From contig JADGGZ010000001.1 in assembly GCA_019689675.1 (NCBI GenBank), forward strand, positions 1,912-65,911: DNA of 64,000 nt, in the 5' to 3' direction. Shown here piece after piece: positions 58,292 through 64,000 of this stretch. The notes beneath the pieces are model-generated. The model saw nothing but the letters and a program-made list of their open reading frames with translations, had not been told where the DNA came from and did no database searches. A program made the translations under genes and the position numbers. The DNA comes from Rhodospirillales bacterium. GTDB taxonomy: Bacteria; Pseudomonadota; Alphaproteobacteria; ATCC43930; CGMCC-115725. Within the stretch, counting starts at the first letter, position 1; every line of letters starts with the position of its first letter.

Positions 58292-59136
58292 CGCTTGCTC
58301 CCCGGCTCCGATGGAGCGGCGGCGCCCTTTTGGGAGTCCGGAATGACGAGCCCCTGGACCCGCCCGCCGGTGCTCGGTCCTGCGATCATCCGGCTCACGT
58401 TGTTGTTCAGATCGACCACCGCTGTCTCGCCCCTGATCTCGTCGTCACCGCGGGTGATGGTCACGTTGCCGGTCAGCGTCACCAATCCGGTGTCGAGGTT
58501 GTAAACGCCCGCGCGGCCGCGCGCCACCTCTTGCGGCGTCGAGACATGGACCCCCCCATGCGCATCGACGCGGCTGATCCGCGCCTGGCCCTCGGGCGGA
58601 CGCTCGACATGCGCGACGAGAACGTCGGCGTTGACGCGCCTGTCGCCGCGGATCGCCACAGCGTTGCCGCGGGCGACCGCCTGATTCTTCGCATCGTACC
58701 ACTCGAGGCTGTCGCGCGCGGTAATGACGTCGCTCGGAGTCGTGAGCTTCAGATCCTTGCCGGTGACGATCACCACTGCCTGGTCCAGGTCGTAGATCGC
58801 GCGGTCGCCTGTGACGGTCTGCGTCTCCGAGGCGAGGATCACGCGGCCTTCGGCAACGACGCGGTAGATCTCGTTCCCGCCCTGGTCGGACCTGCTCGCG
58901 CCGGGCTTCGGGCGGTAATAGGCTGTGAGGGTGTCGGCGCGAACGGATACCCTGCCGCGCGTCGCCTTGGCGTTCCCGCGCGCGACGTAGGCGCGCTCTT
59001 TCTCGTGCCACTCGATTCCCTGGCTCGCCTCGATCTCGAGCGGTTTGTCCTGATCGCGCCCGCCGAGGCCGAGGACCTGCGCCTCGCCCGCGAGCGGCGT
59101 CAGAACGAGCGCCGCGGCGAGGATCAAGGCCTTCAA
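58288..59136 (-). CDS. lptA: LPS transport periplasmic protein LptA (OstA-like)
   Basis: Signal peptide plus repetitive OstA-type beta-jellyroll repeats. 4-nt overlaps on both sides. Confidence 0.8.
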   Translation of the reverse strand: MKALILAAALVLTPLAGEAQVLGLGGRDQDKPLEIEASQGIEWHEKERAYVARGNAKATRGRVSVRADTLTAYYRPKPGASRSDQGGNEIYRVVAEGRVILASETQTVTGDRAIYDLDQAVVIVTGKDLKLTTPSDVITARDSLEWYDAKNQAVARGNAVAIRGDRRVNADVLVAHVERPPEGQARISRVDAHGGVHVSTPQEVARGRAGVYNLDTGLVTLTGNVTITRGDDEIRGETAVVDLNNNVSRMIAGPSTGGRVQGLVIPDSQKGAAAPSEPGSKR

Positions 59137-59777
59137 CGGTTCTCCTCGGCCGCGCTTTCGAGCAGCATGCGCGCGCGGCCCGTGAAGATCACGACCGCCC
59201 CCTTGTCGAGAATGCGGAAACCTTCCGACTCGACTTCGCCCGAAGGCCCGTGCCCCTGCACGGGCTCATGCCCTTCCGCCGTGCCGGCCTCGAGGTCGAC
59301 CTTGGCGCTCTCGGTCCGGAACGTCATGCCCTTGTCGTGATAGAGATTGACGTCGCCGTACAGGTCGATCTGTTTCGGCTGGGTGTGGTAGAGGCCGGTT
59401 TCGGCCGTGACCGCGACCCAAGCGCCGTTCTCGAGCGCGAGGTCGGCCTTCGGAGCCTCGAGGCTGACGAGGTCGTCCTTGGCGCCTGTTTGCCGCGCAA
59501 CGTCGGCCGTGATCGCGAAAGGGCGATCGTGGCGGTCGAGCCCTGTATAGCGGGCGTTGATCATGCTGAGATCGCGGGCGGCGCCGAGGTCGATGCGCGG
59601 AATCGACGAGCCGAGGCGCGACAGCCCGTCCTGGATCTGCGGCCAGGCGCCGACGAGCAGCACCAGAGCCGCCGCGAACATCGGCAGGAGCCATTTGAGC
59701 CAGGCGACCACGCGGGTGTGACGGCCGCTCGCCCGAACCGTGCGCCGCGTGCGGCCGATGACCCCGATATCGGCCAT
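59133..59777 (-). CDS. lptC: LPS export system protein LptC
   Basis: Single N-terminal TM (WLKWLLPMFAAALVLLVGAW) plus an LptC-like beta domain, positioned between kpsF and lptA. Confidence 0.75.
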   Translation of the reverse strand: MADIGVIGRTRRTVRASGRHTRVVAWLKWLLPMFAAALVLLVGAWPQIQDGLSRLGSSIPRIDLGAARDLSMINARYTGLDRHDRPFAITADVARQTGAKDDLVSLEAPKADLALENGAWVAVTAETGLYHTQPKQIDLYGDVNLYHDKGMTFRTESAKVDLEAGTAEGHEPVQGHGPSGEVESEGFRILDKGAVVIFTGRARMLLESAAEENR

Positions 59778-60769
59778 CAGGCCACTCCCGCCCGCAGGCA
59801 GTCGTGGATGTGGAGGATGCCCTGCGGTCGGCGCTCCTCGTCCACGACCATAAGGCTGGTGATCGCGTGCTCGTTCATGATGGCGAGAGCTTCGGCCGCG
59901 AGCGCGCCGGCGTCGATCGTCTTCGGGTTCGCCGTCATGACTTCCTCGACGGGGCGCGCGAGAAGATCCTTCTCCATATGGCGCCGCAGGTCCCCGTCGG
60001 TGACGATGCCCGCCAGCCGGCCGCCCTGGGTGACGCCGACGCAGCCGAAGCTCTTGGCGGTCATGACCAGCACGGCCTCGCTCATCGGCGTCCCGCGCGG
60101 AACGAGCGGGACCGCGTCTCCCGCGTGCATGATCTCGGCCACGCGCAAGAGCCGGCGCCCGAGCCGGCCGCCCGGGTGGAAGATCTTGAAATCGTCGCTC
60201 GAAAACCCCTTGCGCTCGAGGAGCGCGACCGCGATCGCATCGCCGAGCGCGAGCATCATCGTCGTCGAGGTGGTCGGCGCCAGTCCGAGCGGACACGCCT
60301 CCTCGGTCGCCGGCAGCACAAGGGCGACGTCCGCAGCCTCGGCAAGGACGCTCTTGGCGCGCCGCGTCATGGCGACGAGGGGGATCCGGAAGCGTGTCGC
60401 GTAGGCGATGATGTCGTCGAGCTCGGCCGTCTCGCCCGAGTTCGAGAGAGCCAGGACCGCGTCTCCCGACGCAATCATGCCGAGATCGCCGTGGCTTGCC
60501 TCGCCGGGATGGACGAACTGCGCCGGCGTGCCGGTCGATGCGAGCGTCGCCGCGATCTTGCGCGCCACATGACCGCTCTTGCCCATGCCGGTGACGACGA
60601 CGCGCCCGCGCACAGCGGCGAAGACCTCGATCGCTGCGGCGAAGCTGGCGTCGAGGCTCGCCGCGAGTGCCTCGAGTCCGCGCTTCTCGGCGAGAAGAAC
60701 GCGGCGCGCGACCTCGATGTCGGCGGCAGGGCTGCCGCGTTCGGCGACCACAGAGACGGAACTCGGCAT
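59777..60769 (-). CDS. kpsF: arabinose-5-phosphate isomerase (KpsF/GutQ family)
   Basis: SIS domain (VVVTGMGKSGHVARKIAATLASTGTPA) plus tandem CBS domains. Confidence 0.9.
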   Translation of the reverse strand: MPSSVSVVAERGSPAADIEVARRVLLAEKRGLEALAASLDASFAAAIEVFAAVRGRVVVTGMGKSGHVARKIAATLASTGTPAQFVHPGEASHGDLGMIASGDAVLALSNSGETAELDDIIAYATRFRIPLVAMTRRAKSVLAEAADVALVLPATEEACPLGLAPTTSTTMMLALGDAIAVALLERKGFSSDDFKIFHPGGRLGRRLLRVAEIMHAGDAVPLVPRGTPMSEAVLVMTAKSFGCVGVTQGGRLAGIVTDGDLRRHMEKDLLARPVEEVMTANPKTIDAGALAAEALAIMNEHAITSLMVVDEERRPQGILHIHDCLRAGVA

Positions 60770-60849
60770 GATTATTGCTGTACTTCGTTGCAGGGCACTA
60801 TGGGGAGCGCCGCCGCAAACGTCAACGGACGGGCCGGCGGGGCTCTTCC

Positions 60850-61461
60850 TCAGTGCGCGAAAATGTCCTGCTCGGCCCAGCCGTGGTCGTCGAGCAGAGC
60901 GCGTGTCGGCAGGAAGGAGAAGCAGGCCTGGGCGAGGTCGGTGCGACCCTCGCGCGCGAGCATCGCGTCCAGCTTGCGCTTCAATTCATGCAGGTGAAGC
61001 ACGTCGGAGGCGGCGTAGCGGAGCTGTTCCTCGGTGAGCTCGTCGGCGCCCCAGTCGGAGCTCTGCTGCTGCTTCGAGAGATCGACCCCGAGGAGATCCT
61101 TGACGAGATCCTTCAACCCGTGACGGTCGGTGAAGGTGCGGGCGAGGCGGGAGGCGATCTTCGTGCAGTAAACCGGCTTCGTTACGACGCCCAGATAATG
61201 ATAAAGCGCGGCGATATCGAAACGCGCGAAATGGAAGAGCTTTAAAACCTCGGGGTCGGCGAGGAGCGCCTTGAGCCGCGGCGCCTCGTACCGTCCCGGC
61301 GCAAGCTGGACGAGATGGCAGTTCCCGTCGCCCGCGGAAAGCTGCACGAGGCAGAGCCGGTCGCGCTGCGGGTTGAGCCCCATCGTCTCGGTGTCGATCG
61401 CGACCACGGGTCCGAGCTGGACCTCGGCCGGAAGATCGTCACGGTAGAGATGGATGGTCAC
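60850..61461 (-). CDS. rnd: ribonuclease D (short DEDD 3'-5' exonuclease form)
   Basis: VAIDTETMGL, FHFARFDIAAL, QLRYAASDVLHL, 203 aa. Confidence 0.85.
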   Translation of the reverse strand: MTIHLYRDDLPAEVQLGPVVAIDTETMGLNPQRDRLCLVQLSAGDGNCHLVQLAPGRYEAPRLKALLADPEVLKLFHFARFDIAALYHYLGVVTKPVYCTKIASRLARTFTDRHGLKDLVKDLLGVDLSKQQQSSDWGADELTEEQLRYAASDVLHLHELKRKLDAMLAREGRTDLAQACFSFLPTRALLDDHGWAEQDIFAH

Positions 61462-61514
61462 GCGAATGCCGCCTGCGAATTGAGCGACGAGGCGGCGCGG
61501 CGCGAGAGAAGGTT

Positions 61515-61601
61515 TGGTGCCCAGGAGAAGACTCGAACTTCCACGACCTTTCGGTCACTAGAACCTGAATCTAGCGCGTCTACCAATTCCGCCACCTGGG
61601 C
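61515..61601 (-). tRNA. tRNA-Leu (anticodon CAG)
   Basis: The reverse complement reads GCCCAGGTGGCGGAATTGGTAGACGCGCTAGATTCAGGTTCTAG...GGAAGTTCGAGTCTTCTCCTGGGCACCA. It has a 7-bp acceptor stem, anticodon loop TTCAGGT, a long variable arm and an encoded CCA. Confidence 0.95.
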
Positions 61602-61703
61602 ACCGGCTGAGGTGGGGTGGAGGTAATCGCCGGCGCGCGGCTTGTCAATCGCGCGCAGCCGCCCCTATACGGACCGGGAGCGAAGAGGAGGGGCAGAGCG
61701 CAA

Positions 61704-62663
61704 ATGCGAATCCGCCGTGTGACGGTGTTCGGCGCATCCGGCTTCATCGGCCGCTACGTCGTGAAGCGCCTGGGCCAGCGCGGCATCATCGTCGCGGCCG
61801 CCGGCCGCGATCCCGATCGTGCCGGAGTACTGAGGCCGATGGGCGATGTCGGGCAGATCGCGCCGATCCGCGCTGACGTCACGAACGAGGCCGAGGTCCG
61901 CGCTGCGATGACCGGGGCCGACGCCGTGGTCAACCTCGTTGGAATCCTTCACGAAAGCGGCGGACAGGCGTTCGAGCCCGTCCACCGGGACGCCCCGGCG
62001 CGGCTCGGCCGGCTTGCCGCCGAGCTGGGCGTGCGGCGGGTCGTCCATGTCTCGGCGCTCGGCGCCGACCCCGGTTCGAGCGCGGCCTACGCGCGCACGA
62101 AGGCCGAAGGCGAGAGCTCATTGCGGCACGCCTTCCCGGCTGCCGTCGTGCACCGCCCCTCGGTCGTGTTCGGGCCGGAGGACCAGTTCTTCAATCGCTT
62201 CGCAGCCATGATCCGCGACTTCCCGATCTTGCCGCTGATCGGCGGCGGACATACGCGCTTCCAGCCGGTCTATGTCGGCGACGTGGCCGACGCGATCGTC
62301 AAGACGCTGCTCGAGCCCGGGCACGACGGCCGCACCTACCAGCTCGGCGGGCCGCGGGTCTACACGTTCAGGGAGCTGCTGGAGCTTCTCCAGCGGGAGC
62401 TCGGCCGCCGACGGCCGATGATCTCGGCCCCGTGGGGCATCGCAAAGCTGAAGGCCCGCTTCTTCGAGCTTCTGCCGAACCCGCCGCTCACGCGCGACCA
62501 AGTCGAGCTGCTGAAGCATGACAACGTCGTTGACCGGGGCGCCCCCGGCCTCGCCGAGCTGGGGATCGAGGCGACCGCCGTCGAGGTGATCCTGCCGACC
62601 TATATGGACCGGTTCCGCAAAGGCGGGTGGTTCACGCGGTACGGATCGGTCAAGGTAAGCTAA
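61704..62663 (+). CDS. NAD(P)H-binding, complex I NDUFA9-like SDR family protein
   Basis: VTVFGASGFIGRYVVKRL, ...YARTKAEGE..., 319 aa. Confidence 0.8.
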   Translation: MRIRRVTVFGASGFIGRYVVKRLGQRGIIVAAAGRDPDRAGVLRPMGDVGQIAPIRADVTNEAEVRAAMTGADAVVNLVGILHESGGQAFEPVHRDAPARLGRLAAELGVRRVVHVSALGADPGSSAAYARTKAEGESSLRHAFPAAVVHRPSVVFGPEDQFFNRFAAMIRDFPILPLIGGGHTRFQPVYVGDVADAIVKTLLEPGHDGRTYQLGGPRVYTFRELLELLQRELGRRRPMISAPWGIAKLKARFFELLPNPPLTRDQVELLKHDNVVDRGAPGLAELGIEATAVEVILPTYMDRFRKGGWFTRYGSVKVS

Positions 62664-62698
62664 ATGTCCCATATCGGAACTAATTTGGCTGGAGGATT

Positions 62699-62793
62699 GG
62701 CTGCGCCGTGCCAGTCCGAATGGTGTTTCGGCGCGCCAGCACCAAAATAGGTAAGCGATTTTTCCCTAATCGAGAAAAATTGCTGGCGCAGCC
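62699..62793 (+). promoter_or_regulatory. nested inverted repeats in the AT-richer gltD upstream region
   Basis: The outer arms are GGCTGCGCC (62699-62707) and GGCGCAGCC (62785-62793). The inner arms are GCGATTTTTC (62755-62764) and GAAAAATTGC (62774-62783). The element ends 49 nt before the gltD ATG. Confidence 0.3.
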
Positions 62794-62841
62794 GTCGGAG
62801 TGACCCTATAAGTACCCGGCTCTCACCGGGGCGGGGGGTCC

Positions 62842-64000
62842 ATGCCGCAGAAGCTTCTGAAGTTCGTGTCGGTCGACAAGGCGATGCCGCAGAAACGGCT
62901 CGCATCCGAGCGGCGGCGCGACTTCGACGAGATCTACCGGGAATTCGCAGCGGAAAAGGCTGCCGAGCAGGCGGGCCGTTGCTCGCAATGCGGCATTCCC
63001 TTCTGCCAGGTGCATTGCCCTCTCCACAACAACATCCCCGACTGGCTGAAGCTGACTGCCGAGGGCCGGCTCGAGGAGGCCTACGAGGTCGCCTCGGCGA
63101 CCAACAACCTCCCCGAGATCTGCGGCCGCATCTGCCCCCAGGACCGGCTCTGCGAGGGTAACTGCGTCATCGAGAAGGGCTTCTCCTCGGTGACCATCGG
63201 CGCGGTCGAGCGCTACATCACGGAGACGGCCTGGGAGCAGGGATGGGTCCAGCCGGCAAAGCCCCGCCGTGAGAACGGCCGCTCCATCGGGGTGATCGGG
63301 GCGGGCCCGGCGGGGCTCGCGGCGGCCGAGCAGATGCGCCGCAAGGGCTACGCGGTCGAGGTCTACGATCGCTACGACCGTGTGGGCGGCCTGCTCGTCT
63401 ACGGCATTCCCAACTTCAAGCTCGAGAAGCACGTCGTGGCGCGCCGCCAGGCGCTCTACGAGGCCGCCGGGATCCGCTTCACCCTGAACACCGAGGTCCG
63501 GGACCTCGAAGCCCTTCGCGCCCGGCACGACGCCGTCCTCATCGCGACGGGCGTCTACAAGGCGCGCGAGATGGCGGCGCCCGGGATCGGGCTCGCCGGG
63601 ATCGTGCCCGCTTTGGCCTATCTCACCGCCTCGAACCGGGTCGGCTTCGGCGACAAGGTGCCGGAGTTCGAATCAGGGGTCTTGAACGCCGCCGGCAAGA
63701 ACGTGGTGGTGATCGGCGGCGGCGACACCGCCATGGATTGCGTGCGTACCGCCATCCGGCAGGGCGCCAAGTCGGTGAAATGCCTCTACCGGCGCGACCG
63801 CGCCAACATGCCGGGCTCGCAGCGGGAAGTGGCGCACGCCGAGGAGGAAGGCGTCGAGTTCGTGTGGCTCGCCGCGCCCGAAGCCTTCATCGGCGAGGGG
63901 CGCGTCAGCAAGGTGCGGGCTCACCGCATGCATCTCGGCATTCCGGACAGCACCGGGCGCCAGGTGCCGCAGCCGATCGAGGGCTCGACCTTCCACCTCG
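62842..64000 (+). CDS. gltD: glutamate synthase small (beta) subunit, 5' partial (runs off the window)
   Basis: MPQKLLKFVSVDK..., CSQCGIPFCQVHCPLHNNIPDW, ICPQDRLCEGNC, GVIGAGPAGLAAA, VVVIGGGDTAMDC. Absent from the ORF track because it has no stop in the window. Confidence 0.9.
   Translation, partial: MPQKLLKFVSVDKAMPQKRLASERRRDFDEIYREFAAEKAAEQAGRCSQCGIPFCQVHCPLHNNIPDWLKLTAEGRLEEAYEVASATNNLPEICGRICPQDRLCEGNCVIEKGFSSVTIGAVERYITETAWEQGWVQPAKPRRENGRSIGVIGAGPAGLAAAEQMRRKGYAVEVYDRYDRVGGLLVYGIPNFKLEKHVVARRQALYEAAGIRFTLNTEVRDLEALRARHDAVLIATGVYKAREMAAPGIGLAGIVPALAYLTASNRVGFGDKVPEFESGVLNAAGKNVVVIGGGDTAMDCVRTAIRQGAKSVKCLYRRDRANMPGSQREVAHAEEEGVEFVWLAAPEAFIGEGRVSKVRAHRMHLGIPDSTGRQVPQPIEGSTFHL

Noticed and set aside
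61515-61601. tRNA-Leu as a possible genomic-island integration site
   Set aside because: No integrase, direct repeat of the tRNA 3' end or compositional shift is visible on either side. The neighbours are housekeeping genes (rnd and an NDUFA9-like gene).

Overview
Very GC-rich chromosomal segment (about 68-70 % by eye). Gene content and synteny look alphaproteobacterial, Hyphomicrobiales/Rhizobiales-like; that is inference only. I support about 60 protein genes, two pseudogene remnants and one tRNA-Leu(CAG). I recognised no rRNA, CRISPR array, transposase or integrase.

Core blocks:
- tatB-tatC
- mdh-sucA-sucB-lpdA, notably without sucCD
- rpmB
- ccmH-ccmI
- kpsF-lptC-lptA-lptB-rpoN
- rnd, tRNA-Leu, and the 5' part of gltD

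Accessory or poorly understood blocks, in order of interest:
1. A seven-gene, translationally coupled minus-strand operon (24852-33220). It joins an XDH-family molybdenum hydroxylase to a 6-hydroxynicotinate-reductase-like Fe-S protein, a UPF0280 protein, an 'amino acid synthesis' (PF06684-like) protein, a LivK-type binding protein and an SDR.
2. A co-directional array of two transporter-less periplasmic binding proteins (TAXI and family 5) plus an ExeA-like AAA ATPase. The ATPase carries a TM helix and a ~380-aa Lys-free Pro/Ala/Glu-rich tail (33324-38648).
3. A two-gene type I secretion unit bracketed by ~41-45 % GC spacers, with no recognisable cargo or outer-membrane gene. It sits next to signal-peptide-less SLT and extensin-like cell-wall proteins.
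4. Smaller items: a head-to-head deletion scar (methyltransferase and response-regulator remnants), a stand-alone LigD polymerase domain, two unlisted small ORFs flanking a perfect 16-bp tandem repeat, two genes with no canonical start codon (apparent CTG starts), and an MFS-Atm1-MeaB operon without a mutase.

All family assignments come from reading the translated ORFs by eye. No database search was run.
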